Positions 47,141 through 55,974 of a stretch of DNA of 62,311 nucleotides are shown here, piece by piece. The notes under the pieces are model-generated. The model did not search any database and had not been told where the DNA came from. It saw only the letters and a list, made by a program, of their open reading frames with translations. Numbering within the stretch: position 1 is the first letter of the stretch; each line of letters starts with the position of its first letter. Both the position numbers and the translations under genes were made by a program. Source of the DNA: an uncultured Bacilli bacterium (GTDB lineage Bacteria > Bacillota_I > Bacilli_A > RF39 > UBA660). The DNA is taken from positions 1 through 62,311 of the forward strand of contig CAKPEJ010000004.1 in assembly GCA_934149325.1 (NCBI GenBank). Reading direction: 5' to 3'.

Positions 47141-47177
47141 TAATCACTATCGCCAAGTTCTTATTTATAGAAGATGA

Positions 47178-48134
47178 TTATTCATCATCTTCAAGTATAG
47201 GTTCTTCATATACACAATGATATTTTCTTTCATTACTAGTTCTAGACTTTGTTATATGAAGACCTTCTTTTTCTAATAAATCAATATTTAAATTTAATGA
47301 TCTTCCAAAACGTAGAGCAGTTGTTTTTAACTTAGCATCATGAATAATACTTGTAGAAGTAAATTCAAAATCTTTTTTATATGATGCATACTTAATAAAA
47401 AGAATTAAGTTTTCATCAATTTCATCATCTTCAATTGGATTACTTATTTTAAAAGTTTGATTTTTATTTCTTTTTAAATCTATATCAAAACCTTCAAAAT
47501 CTCTATTAATTACTTTCATAGTTAAATGATTATGGTCATTTCTATTCTCAAACAAAGTAATTTTACCATCTATACAAGCATCAAAAGCTGTACTACCTAA
47601 TGTTTCATTCCTTTTATTTAAGTGATGAGTAAATAGAATAGTGATATTGTATTTCTCACATAATTCTCTTAACTTAGGCATTAACTTTTGAGCTACATCT
47701 TGAAAATCATTAATATCATAAGAGATACCTAAATCCATATCTTTAAGCATATCTATTATTACAAATTTATTAGTAGTTTTATCACCAGCAAAATCAGCAA
47801 TTTCATATTCATGGTCAAATATACTTATAGTAGATTTTCCATCTCTATCCATGATAAATAATGAGCTTTCCTTTGGAGTTAATTGTAATGTTTTGTATCT
47901 GTCTTGTAATTGACCAAAATCAGACTCTGTGCTAATATATAATACAGGTGAAAGAGTTACTTTGTGTCCTAGAAATGGTAATCCATTTGTAAGGCAGTAG
48001 GAAAGTTGCAGTGCCAACATAGACTTTCCTACTTTAGGTTTTGATACAAGTAAATATACACCTTTAGACCTTATTAGTCCTTCGACAATGATGTCTTTTT
48101 TTTCACTTGTATCTATCTCTTCAATTAGTTTCAT
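47178..48134 (-). CDS. RecA-fold AAA ATPase (RepA/AAA_25-like replication or helicase-loader protein of mobile elements)
   Basis: Walker A SKPKVGKS and Walker B FVIIDMLKD. Confidence 0.65.
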   Translation of the reverse strand: MKLIEEIDTSEKKDIIVEGLIRSKGVYLLVSKPKVGKSMLALQLSYCLTNGLPFLGHKVTLSPVLYISTESDFGQLQDRYKTLQLTPKESSLFIMDRDGKSTISIFDHEYEIADFAGDKTTNKFVIIDMLKDMDLGISYDINDFQDVAQKLMPKLRELCEKYNITILFTHHLNKRNETLGSTAFDACIDGKITLFENRNDHNHLTMKVINRDFEGFDIDLKRNKNQTFKISNPIEDDEIDENLILFIKYASYKKDFEFTSTSIIHDAKLKTTALRFGRSLNLNIDLLEKEGLHITKSRTSNERKYHCVYEEPILEDDE

Positions 48135-48137
48135 ATT

Positions 48138-48374
48138 TTACGCTCCTTTCTTTACTCGAGATTCTAAATAACCTATATTAATATCTAAATAATCTACTAC
48201 TTCTTTCATAGGTACTACATGCTTTGGAACCATATAACCTTGTTTAGTAAGTTTATCTTTAATAGTTCGTTTAATTTTAAGAGCAGAATTTCTACCAACT
48301 TGGCTAATTTTCATTAAATCTTCTAAATTGCACCATTGTTTTGATACGATTTCTAAAGTTTCCTCAGCAGTCAT
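48138..48374 (-). CDS. Small DNA-binding protein, possible excisionase/regulator
   Basis: 78 aa with an HTH-like segment LEDLMKISQVGRNSALKIKRTI. It is the first gene of the leftward operon. Confidence 0.4.
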   Translation of the reverse strand: MTAEETLEIVSKQWCNLEDLMKISQVGRNSALKIKRTIKDKLTKQGYMVPKHVVPMKEVVDYLDINIGYLESRVKKGA

Positions 48375-48392
48375 TTTCTCCCTCCTTTTTAC

Positions 48393-48459
48393 ATTGTAAA
48401 GTTATCCTTACAATTCTATTATCTAACAAATAAATTTTATTGTCAAGAAAAGCTGACAA
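48393..48459. promoter_or_regulatory. Divergent control region with two inverted repeats (putative operators)
   Basis: ATTGTAA-N8-TTACAAT (48393-48414) and TTGTCA-N8-TGACAA (48440-48459). The rightward promoter is TTGTGA-18-TGaTATAAT (48465-48494). Confidence 0.4.
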
Positions 48460-48539
48460 AAATGTTGTGAAAAACTTACAAAGTGTGATATAATGAATTT
48501 GGGATTAATTTATATCCTAATAAATGAAGGAGTATTTAT

Positions 48540-49064
48540 ATGGATAAAGAGATTACTTTAAAAACTTTAATTGAAGGTGGAAGAGATATAAAGAATTTTT
48601 CTCAAAGAGAACTTGCCAGAAGAATAGGATTAAGTAATACATCATTAAATGATCTTGAAAATGGAAAAGTTCAAAAACCTGATATAGAAGTATTAAGAAA
48701 AATTGCTGAAGAACTCGATTTGTCTTTAGAACAATTATTAAAAGCAGCAGGATATAATGCCATAACAACAATGCTAACTAGTGATGAGTTTCAAAATAAA
48801 TCAACTAGAGATTTAAAAAATATTATTAAAGAGTGCAGAAACTTTAAGTATGACATTTTAGATTGGGATAGTAATAAACGAAATATAACAAGAAATGTAA
48901 TGGCTGATTTAGAAAGAATTACACATAAATTAGAGCTTATAAGAGATAATCGAGGAATAAACTACACATTAGATAATGCGATAGAAGATATTAATAAATC
49001 TTTAGAAGAGTTAAAAGATGTAGTTAAGAAATATGATTATAGTAAATTACCTAATGACTTATAG
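48540..49064 (+). CDS. XRE-family HTH transcriptional regulator (element repressor)
   Basis: FSQRELARRIGLSNTSLNDLENGKVQKP is a classic Cro/C1 HTH. Confidence 0.85.
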   Translation: MDKEITLKTLIEGGRDIKNFSQRELARRIGLSNTSLNDLENGKVQKPDIEVLRKIAEELDLSLEQLLKAAGYNAITTMLTSDEFQNKSTRDLKNIIKECRNFKYDILDWDSNKRNITRNVMADLERITHKLELIRDNRGINYTLDNAIEDINKSLEELKDVVKKYDYSKLPNDL

Positions 49065-49082
49065 AAAGAGAGATGATTAATA

Positions 49083-49880
49083 ATGATTTTAGTGAATAAT
49101 GAAAAGTTAAATAATTTAAACTCTATTTCTGTAAATGATTTATATATTTTGACTGATTTTGATGGAACAATTACTAAGGATAATAGTGATAGTTCTTGGG
49201 CAAGTATTTTTAAAAATCCTAAAGTTACAAAAGAATTTATTGATGAATGTATAAGAATATTTAGTCATTATCATAAATTTGAAATTGATGAGTCATTATC
49301 AATTGAAGAAAAAATGCCAATCATGAGTGAATGGTATAGAAAAAATATAGAAACATTAATTAATTTTGGTATTACAGAAGAAATTATAAACTATGCTGCT
49401 AATAACGAAAGTATTATGGCTTTTCGAGATGGAGCAATTGATTTTTTGAAGACAATGTATGAAAAAAATATTCCTATTATAGTAATATCAGCAGGTGTTG
49501 GTAATATTATTGAACAATTTTTAATTAGAAATAATTGCAATTATTCAAATATTTATATTTGTTCTAATTTCTTGGAATATGAAAAAGGCATAGTTAAAGG
49601 AGTTAGAGATAATAATTTAACTCATCCATTAAATAAAAATGAAGTATTTTTACCATCAAATATTAAAAGTAAAATTATAGGCAGAAATAATATTTTACTT
49701 CTTGGCAATAGTGTTTTAGATATAAATATGGCAGGTACTAATAGAAATGTTTATAAATTGGGTTTTTTAGATGAAAAAATAGAAGAAAGATTAGAATATT
49801 TTAAAGAAAACTACGATATAGTTTGTACAGATAATACTTCTTATGATGAAATACGAAGTAAAATAAAAATTCTAAATTAG
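49083..49880 (+). CDS. HAD-superfamily pyrimidine 5'-nucleotidase, UMPH-1/NT5C3-like
   Basis: LTDFDGTIT, EEKMPIMSEWYRKN, VISAGVGNIIE, SNF, NILLLGNSVLDINMA, KLGFL and YDIV are collinear with eukaryotic cytosolic 5'-nucleotidase III motifs. Confidence 0.6.
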   Translation: MILVNNEKLNNLNSISVNDLYILTDFDGTITKDNSDSSWASIFKNPKVTKEFIDECIRIFSHYHKFEIDESLSIEEKMPIMSEWYRKNIETLINFGITEEIINYAANNESIMAFRDGAIDFLKTMYEKNIPIIVISAGVGNIIEQFLIRNNCNYSNIYICSNFLEYEKGIVKGVRDNNLTHPLNKNEVFLPSNIKSKIIGRNNILLLGNSVLDINMAGTNRNVYKLGFLDEKIEERLEYFKENYDIVCTDNTSYDEIRSKIKILN

Positions 49881-49894
49881 GTCGTGGTGATATA

Positions 49895-50581
49895 ATGAAA
49901 AAAGAGTCCTTTGATAAATTATTAAAGACTATGTCTAAATGTGATAAATGCACTAATTTTAAATGTAAAGAGAAGTCATTGATAAATATTTATAATGATT
50001 ATAACTTTAGTTCAAATATACCATCTATATGGACTGATTGGTTTAATAGACTAGATTCCAAGATTATGATTATAGGTCAAGACTGGGGGCCTTATAATGA
50101 TATGAAAAAACTAAATAATTTGTTAAAAGAAGATAAAAGTAATTGGAATGAATTAATTGAGTCAGAAAAAAGTAATACCAAAAAAATATTAGAAAAATAT
50201 ATAAAAGAATCTTCTAACAGTAGGTATTCGTTAAATGATATATTTATAACAAATGCAATAATGTGTGCAAGACAGGGAGATAATTATAGAGGAAATAATA
50301 TTGATTTAAAAAAATCTACTCTAAAATGTAGTGATTTCTTATTAAAACAAATCGAGATAGTAAAGCCAAAAGTAATATTAACTTTAGGATATTATCCATT
50401 ATTATCTTTATCTAACTTATTAAATTTTGATATAGAAAGAACACTAAAGGAAACTATTAGAAAATATCCTGAAATAAATAAAGATGATTATGTTATTATT
50501 CCTTTATATCACCCAGTAGCACAAATTAAAAAGGCTGAACAGTTAGTGCAATATAAAAAAATATGGAATTATATTGATTAA
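49895..50581 (+). CDS. Uracil-DNA glycosylase superfamily protein (divergent)
   Basis: N-terminal Cys cluster CDKCTNFKC, motif A-like IMIIGQDWGP, FITNAIMCAR, and motif B-like PLYHPVAQ. Confidence 0.6.
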   Translation: MKKESFDKLLKTMSKCDKCTNFKCKEKSLINIYNDYNFSSNIPSIWTDWFNRLDSKIMIIGQDWGPYNDMKKLNNLLKEDKSNWNELIESEKSNTKKILEKYIKESSNSRYSLNDIFITNAIMCARQGDNYRGNNIDLKKSTLKCSDFLLKQIEIVKPKVILTLGYYPLLSLSNLLNFDIERTLKETIRKYPEINKDDYVIIPLYHPVAQIKKAEQLVQYKKIWNYID

Positions 50582-50602
50582 AAATAAGGAGAACGTTATT
50601 AT

Positions 50603-50995
50603 ATGAAAGTATTAAGTTTAACTGAACCATACGCAACTTTAATTAAAAATGGTATTAAAACAATAGAAACTAGAAGTTGGAAAACTAATTATAGAGGTAA
50701 ATTATACATTCATGCAAGTTCAACAAAAATTCCAAAAGAATATAAAAATAATAAAGAGTTGATAGATTTAGTTGATATTAATTGTTTAAATTATGGAAAC
50801 ATAATTTGCTCTTGTGAATTAATTGATTGTATTGAAATGACAGAAGAATTTATAGAAAAAATGAAGAAAAATAAAAATGAATATATAACAGGTATTTATG
50901 CTGTTGGAAGATATGCATGGATATTAAAAGATATAAAAGTATTAGACAAACCTATTAAAGCCAAAGGATATTTAGGTATTTGGAATTTTGATTAA
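50603..50995 (+). CDS. ASCH-domain protein
   Basis: VLSLTEPYATLIKNGIKTIETRSW and the size (130 aa) fit the ASCH/PUA-like fold. Confidence 0.65.
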   Translation: MKVLSLTEPYATLIKNGIKTIETRSWKTNYRGKLYIHASSTKIPKEYKNNKELIDLVDINCLNYGNIICSCELIDCIEMTEEFIEKMKKNKNEYITGIYAVGRYAWILKDIKVLDKPIKAKGYLGIWNFD

Positions 50996-51057
50996 ATAAT
51001 AATTACGGCTTGATGATAACCATATACAATTGATTTTAAAAAGGAGATGTGAAATAA

Positions 51058-51366
51058 ATGAAGATAATAACAGTGTGTGGTAGTTTGAAATTTGTTAATG
51101 AAATGATGGAAATAACAGAAAAAATGGAACTAGAAGGTAATTGTATGTTAGTACCTATATATAATCCATCAAAAACTAGCAAAGATGACTTTACTGAAGA
51201 AGAAGCATTAATGCTTGATAAAATGCATAAAGAAAGAATAAAACTATCTGATGCTATTTTAGTTGTAAATGTTAATGATTATATAGGTAGTAGCACTAAA
51301 AGTGAAATCGAGTTTGCTAAATCATTAAATAAAGAAATAATGTATTATACTGATTTAATAAAATAA
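51058..51366 (+). CDS. Small Rossmann-like protein, possibly of the nucleoside 2-deoxyribosyltransferase/Rcl (DNPH1) family
   Basis: IITVCGSLKF...DAILVVN...GSSTKSEIEFA resembles the NDT/Rcl pattern. This is a weak, motif-only call. Confidence 0.35.
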   Translation: MKIITVCGSLKFVNEMMEITEKMELEGNCMLVPIYNPSKTSKDDFTEEEALMLDKMHKERIKLSDAILVVNVNDYIGSSTKSEIEFAKSLNKEIMYYTDLIK

Positions 51367-51388
51367 TTTTTAACAACAAAGGTGAAGT

Positions 51389-52273
51389 ATGACTAATTTT
51401 TTAAAATGGTTAAGTATTTTATCTACTCGAGAGTGGGCTACAATAATTTGGATTTTGATTTTATCAGTATATGTATTAATTAATAAGAAAACAAGATATT
51501 CTGCCCTAGACGTTATTAAAATATTATTTGGAAAGAATTTAATAAAAATATGGATAATAACTTCTTTATATGTGATTTTAATAACATTATTATTTTCTAA
51601 AACGTCAATATGGGATAATTGTTACATAAAGGATATTATTATATGGTATATAACATCAGGAGTAATATTTTGTTTTAATGCAGCATCTAGGGAATCTGAT
51701 GAACAATATATTTGGAAAGTATTAAAAGATAATTTAAAGTTTACAATTGTTATAGAGTTTTTTTATAGTACATTTACATTTAAACTTTGGGTTGAGTTAC
51801 TAATTATTCCTATTATTACATTCTTAGCAATGGTAGATGCTGTTGCTGAAAGAAAAGAAGAATACAAAATTGTACATAAGTTTATGCAAACAATATTTGT
51901 AATTATTAGTATTTGGTTCTTTTATGAAACTTTTAAACTTGGATTAAGAGAGTATAAAGAATTAAATGTTTTGAATACTTTTATAAGTTTCATGATTCCA
52001 ATTGTATATTTAATATTAATTATACCATTAGAATATTTAATAGAGTTGTATTCAAAATATGAAGTACTATTTATTAGAATATTTTTTAAAAATAATAAGG
52101 ATAAAAAAGCAACTAGAAAAAGGAAAATATTAATAATTAAAAATTGTGGTTTATCAGTGCATAATGTGATGTTATTCCAAAAAAAATACTGTAGTAGAAT
52201 ATATGTAAAAATGTCTGATGATGAATTTATAGCATTAATAAATGAGTTTAAAGAAGAAAAAATGACAAAATGA
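51389..52273 (+). CDS. Polytopic membrane protein, function unknown
   Basis: Six or seven hydrophobic helices followed by a soluble C-terminal region of about 70 aa. It is the last cargo gene. Confidence 0.6.
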   Translation: MTNFLKWLSILSTREWATIIWILILSVYVLINKKTRYSALDVIKILFGKNLIKIWIITSLYVILITLLFSKTSIWDNCYIKDIIIWYITSGVIFCFNAASRESDEQYIWKVLKDNLKFTIVIEFFYSTFTFKLWVELLIIPIITFLAMVDAVAERKEEYKIVHKFMQTIFVIISIWFFYETFKLGLREYKELNVLNTFISFMIPIVYLILIIPLEYLIELYSKYEVLFIRIFFKNNKDKKATRKRKILIIKNCGLSVHNVMLFQKKYCSRIYVKMSDDEFIALINEFKEEKMTK

Positions 52274-52315
52274 CACTTGTTTGAGGCACCATCAGTAATA
52301 TTGTCATCTTGTCAT
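52261..52315. repeat. Palindromic element, copy 1: AATGACA-N3-TGACA ... TGTCA-N3-TGTCAT
   Basis: Arms at 52262-52275 and 52302-52315 (13/14 complementary). It shares GAAAAAATGACA-N3-TGACAC with the copy at 53976-53996. Confidence 0.6.
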
Positions 52316-52475
52316 AAAAAAGGTAGTTAAGAAATATCTCAACTACCTTTTCAACTACCAAGAATTTAAAATTCTTATAATATTTAGTTATTTTATTTAC
52401 TTTTAAATCCTTTTAAATAAACGCAAAAGTATTTATATAAACTTTGAAGTACGTGAATTCTAACCGCCCCCTGAA

Positions 52476-52507
52476 GAGAGCGAAAGCTCTCATTTTTATT
52501 TTAAAAA
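52476..52507 (+). repeat. att-like repeat, copy 2 (attR of the IME / left junction of the decayed island)
   Basis: GCCCCCTGAAGAGAGCGAAAGCTCTCATTTTT is identical over 32 nt to 61008-61039. Confidence 0.75.
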
Positions 52508-52577
52508 GGAAAATAAATTAACATTATAAACATAGAAAAATATCTTTATTTCATGTATAATAAATTATGGTGATATT

Positions 52578-53160
52578 ATGAGAATCGGAATAGATATTGA
52601 TGACACCATGACTGATATAAAAGAAAAGTTAACAAAAGCTACAATAAAATATGCTAAAAGTTTAAATAAAGATATACAAAATATTGATAATAATGATATT
52701 GTTGATATATATAACAATGGGAATATTTATCAATAACTATTTAATTTTAATCGTGAAGAATTAAAGTATTTTTAGGGCCAATACAAGAAGAAATAACTAA
52801 TAATGCTGTTCTAAGAGAAAATTGTGCTAAAGTAATAAATGACTTACATAAAGATGGACAGGAAATTTATATAGTTACTGCGAGAGATAATGAATTTCAT
52901 AATGATCCGTATTTATATAGTAAAGTATGGCTTGAAAAAATAAAATTTACTATGATAAATTAATTGTTAATGCCAGAGATAAAAGGATAACCTGTTTAGA
53001 AAATGATATTTCTTTATTAATTGATGACAATATAAGTAATTGTTTGAACGTGATTAATGTAGGAATTGATACAATAATTATTGGAAATAAAAATAATAAT
53101 ACAATAAAAATTGTTGATAATTGACAATAAATATATGATTATATTAAAAATGATTTATAG
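52578..53160 (+). pseudogene. Disrupted HAD-family 5'(3')-deoxyribonucleotidase (NT5C-like) gene
   Basis: MRIGIDIDDTMTD..., then ...EIYIVTARDNEF..., ...KLIVNARDK...LLIDDNISN... lie in three different frames with premature stops and a TGA where the conserved W is expected. Confidence 0.7.
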
Positions 53161-53438
53161 CAATATTTTGGTCAATTTTTATATCTACAACATATGAAAA
53201 TATTTGTGATGCAGTATATATAAATATACTTGAAAATAGATATCAATTAAGTTTTTCAAATATGTGTCATATTATAAGATTTTTAGGAGAATCAATAGGG
53301 GTGTTTCTTTGTGGAACGATGTATGAGATCGGATTAAAATATATGTTTGGATTGTCAGCATTGTTTATGGTGTTTCAAATTAGTATAGCTTATTATTTAA
53401 TAATTTTAAGGAAGAAAGAGGCGATTATCAATGAGTAG
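53154..53438 (+). pseudogene. 3' fragment of a transporter (MFS-like) gene
   Basis: A 94-codon open frame without a start: FIAIFWSIFIS...GESIGVFLCGTMYEIGLKYMFGLSALFMVFQISIAYYLIIL. Only two or three C-terminal TM helices remain. Confidence 0.5.
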
Positions 53439-53967
53439 AATTACCTTAATAACAAAATTCAAAGAAAAAGAACTAAATAAAATAAATAATCAACTAAAGA
53501 ATATTCATTATCATATGTGTAAAGTACCTTATGGGATTGATGATGAATTGAGAAATGAAATTGATAATTTACCATATCATTTTACAATATTTGCTACTGA
53601 TAAACAAAATGAAAGTAAGTTATTGAATATTGCTAGTGATATAAAAATGAATAAAATAAAATTAAAAATTAACGATATAAGAATAATGAATGGGCGAAAT
53701 AATAGTTTTGTATTATACTTTTCCATAGAAGAAAATAAAGATATAAAAGAATTACAAAAAAAATTCTTTTTACAAATTCCTGGAGAGAATTATGATCCAG
53801 ATAAATTTACTTTTCATATGACATTACATATTGATAAAGATGAAGAATTAGTTAATAAAATAAAGGAAGAGATAGAATTTAATTTTAAACCATTTAGGCT
53901 CGTATTTGATGAATTAGTTTTATATGACTATCCTGGAGATATGATTAAAGAAATTAGTATAAAATAG
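53431..53967 (+). CDS. 2H phosphoesterase superfamily protein (LigT / 2'-5' RNA ligase / cyclic phosphodiesterase-like)
   Basis: Two H-x-T-x motifs at the expected spacing: PYHFTIFA and FTFHMTLHI. Confidence 0.6.
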   Translation: MSRITLITKFKEKELNKINNQLKNIHYHMCKVPYGIDDELRNEIDNLPYHFTIFATDKQNESKLLNIASDIKMNKIKLKINDIRIMNGRNNSFVLYFSIEENKDIKELQKKFFLQIPGENYDPDKFTFHMTLHIDKDEELVNKIKEEIEFNFKPFRLVFDELVLYDYPGDMIKEISIK

Positions 53968-53981
53968 TATAATAAGAAAAA

Positions 53982-54042
53982 ATGACACAGTGACACTATA
54001 GATGAGAGTGGGGTATGCATAATCAATGTGTCACAGTGTCAT
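53982..54042. repeat. Palindromic element, copy 2
   Basis: ATGACACAGTGACAC (53982-53996) pairs with GTGTCACAGTGTCAT (54028-54042), 14/15 complementary. Confidence 0.6.
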
Positions 54043-54078
54043 ATAATGTATTATTATAAATATTATTTAAAGTAGTGC

Positions 54079-54333
54079 TTGTTAATAAAGAAAAAATATT
54101 ATACAAGACTTAATAATACAATTGATTTGATAGATAAAGTAATTTATATTTTAAAATCAAAAAATATAAAAGTTGATTATGACATGAAATATTTTATAAA
54201 AAATGAAGAATTTATTAATTTAGTTTATAATGAATTAAACAACAAAAATTATACAATTAAAAAACCGATGACATGGTCATTAGAATTAAATGAAAAAGCA
54301 GATATAAACGAATTATACAAAAATGATGGTTAA
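54079..54333 (+). CDS. Hypothetical small protein (TTG start, weak)
   Basis: ORF only. There is no clear RBS. Confidence 0.3.
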   Translation: MLIKKKYYTRLNNTIDLIDKVIYILKSKNIKVDYDMKYFIKNEEFINLVYNELNNKNYTIKKPMTWSLELNEKADINELYKNDG

Positions 54334-54601
54334 AATCAACCCTTGATAATATATCGCTATTTGGTGTGGATATTACACTAAAAACTAACGAAATGGTAAT
54401 GTATAATTGTTCTATAAAGGAGATTATTGGTAAAGATAAAAATAAAAAAGTAAAATTTGAATCTAGTCATATTGAATTTATATTAACAAATAATGAATGA
54501 TTATTAATTTTAGGTGGTATTTTTTTAAATAAATATTCAATTTATTGTTAAATACATATTTTTTTATGATACAATATATAACTACAAAGAGAGGATTTGT
54601 T

Positions 54602-54865
54602 ATGTATAATGCTGTAATAGATAATGGAAGCACATATTTATTTTTAGATAATGGTAATGATGATGTTTATAGTGGTGATATGTCTGGATTCTTAGTTAAT
54701 AACAGCAATATAATTAATTTAATGGATGCTTTACCAATTAAACAATACTATTTAAGAACAAAAGAAAATATTAGAACTAAAATATCTAAAGAACAAGCAT
54801 ATTATTTATATCAACAACTTATAGATTATAACAATAAGAAAGAAAATATAAATAAATCATTATAA
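54602..54865 (+). CDS. Hypothetical small protein
   Basis: The ATG at 54602 follows AGAGAGGA. No motif recognised. Confidence 0.45.
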   Translation: MYNAVIDNGSTYLFLDNGNDDVYSGDMSGFLVNNSNIINLMDALPIKQYYLRTKENIRTKISKEQAYYLYQQLIDYNNKKENINKSL

Positions 54866-55012
54866 AATTGAAATTATTTATTCATTAGATTGATAATTAT
54901 AATATAAAACAAAATTATTATATACTGATAAATGTGATAATAAAATAATTTCAATATCTTTGATCAGTTAAATATTTGAATTTACTATAACAAATTTGAA
55001 ATAATTGATTTA

Positions 55013-55090
55013 ATGAAAGATATTGAATATGGGTGGATTGACAAAAAAATAATAAACATAAAGTTGTAGATGAAACATATCATCTCTTAA
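55013..55090 (+). pseudogene. Truncated 5' gene fragment (MKDIEYGWIDKK...)
   Basis: A short ORF is broken in an A-run and then runs into the degenerate att copy. Confidence 0.3.
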
Positions 55091-55115
55091 AGAGAGAGAA
55101 AGCTCTCGTTTTTTG
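55083..55115 (+). repeat. Degenerate att-like repeat, copy 3
   Basis: TCTCTTAAAGAGAGAGAAAGCTCTCGTTTTTT retains the GAAAGCTCTC core, the hairpin and the T-run. Confidence 0.5.
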
Positions 55116-55120
55116 TATTT

Positions 55121-55350
55121 AAAGTTTTTTAGTTATTTTATATATGTATTAAATACCTATTTTAATTTAGAAATTTCATATAATGCTTCCATATCTTTGA
55201 TTAATACCTTTGATATAGGAATATTTATTATACTAAATTTTGTTTTAAGTATAGTTACCACATAAGGTTTATTTTTATCGTAAATACTGTCATTTTATTT
55301 AAAAAATTAAAAAATAGTATTATAATAAATAATTAATAAATGAATTTAGG
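55121..55350 (+). repeat. Cassette upstream region, copy 1 (two blocks shared with 58788-58890)
   Basis: 55121-55159 vs 58788-58826 match at 38/39. 55288-55350 vs 58828-58890 match at about 54/63. About 128 nt are present only in copy 1. Confidence 0.75.
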
Positions 55351-55361
55351 AGGGCGTAGTA

Positions 55362-55963
55362 TGTATAGTGAAGATGCTTATTGCTTAGGATTATTATATG
55401 CACATATATATGCAGATAAAAAAATGGTATTAAAAGATGATTTGGATAAATTCCATGAAATTATTGAATTTAATTTAAGAAGTATGAATAATGATATTAA
55501 TGATACTTATACTACTGTTTGTCATGATAATGATCCTAGTATATATTTTGAAAGTGAAGGAAAAAATGGTGAAATATATTATGTTTTATATCCTGATTTT
55601 GATTTAGCTAAAGCTAAGTCAAAATATATAGGATGTTTATCTACTGATGTATTAGTTGCTTCTCAAAAAGAAAATGCGTTAAATTCAATAGATTTAAAAG
55701 AAGAAAACGGAAGAATCGTTAAGAAAAAACCAAATGAATTGCGAATATCTAATTATGACTTTTTAAAAAATGCAGAAGTTTGTGAGATTACACGTAGTGA
55801 AGATCATAAGCAACTTCAAAAAACTGCTAATAGAAGAATTGAGGAAGGTAGACGTAGAGAAGCAAAGGCTTGGCATGATGCTAAAAATTTTTGCGTTGGA
55901 ACAAGCACAGTTGATATTGAAATAGAACAAGGATTATCTTTAAAGAAAGTGAAAAATGATTAG
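55362..55963 (+). CDS. Hypothetical protein P1 (paralogue of P2; EQG-tail)
   Basis: The ATG at 55362 follows AGGAGGG. It is collinear with P2 and ends ...IEIEQGLSLKKVKND. Confidence 0.55.
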
Positions 55964-55974
55964 GAGGATTAGTT

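Larger units (their letters stand above)
44276..52507. mobile_element. Integrative mobilizable element (tyrosine integrase, MobV relaxase, AAA ATPase, Xis-like, XRE, 5-gene cargo) bounded by att-like direct repeats
   Basis: CCCCCTGAAGAG plus hairpin/T-run occurs at 44276-44310 and 52476-52507. The integrase gene abuts the left repeat. [CT]AACTACC arm-type repeats lie at both ends (44369-44398; 52322-52360). Confidence 0.7.
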
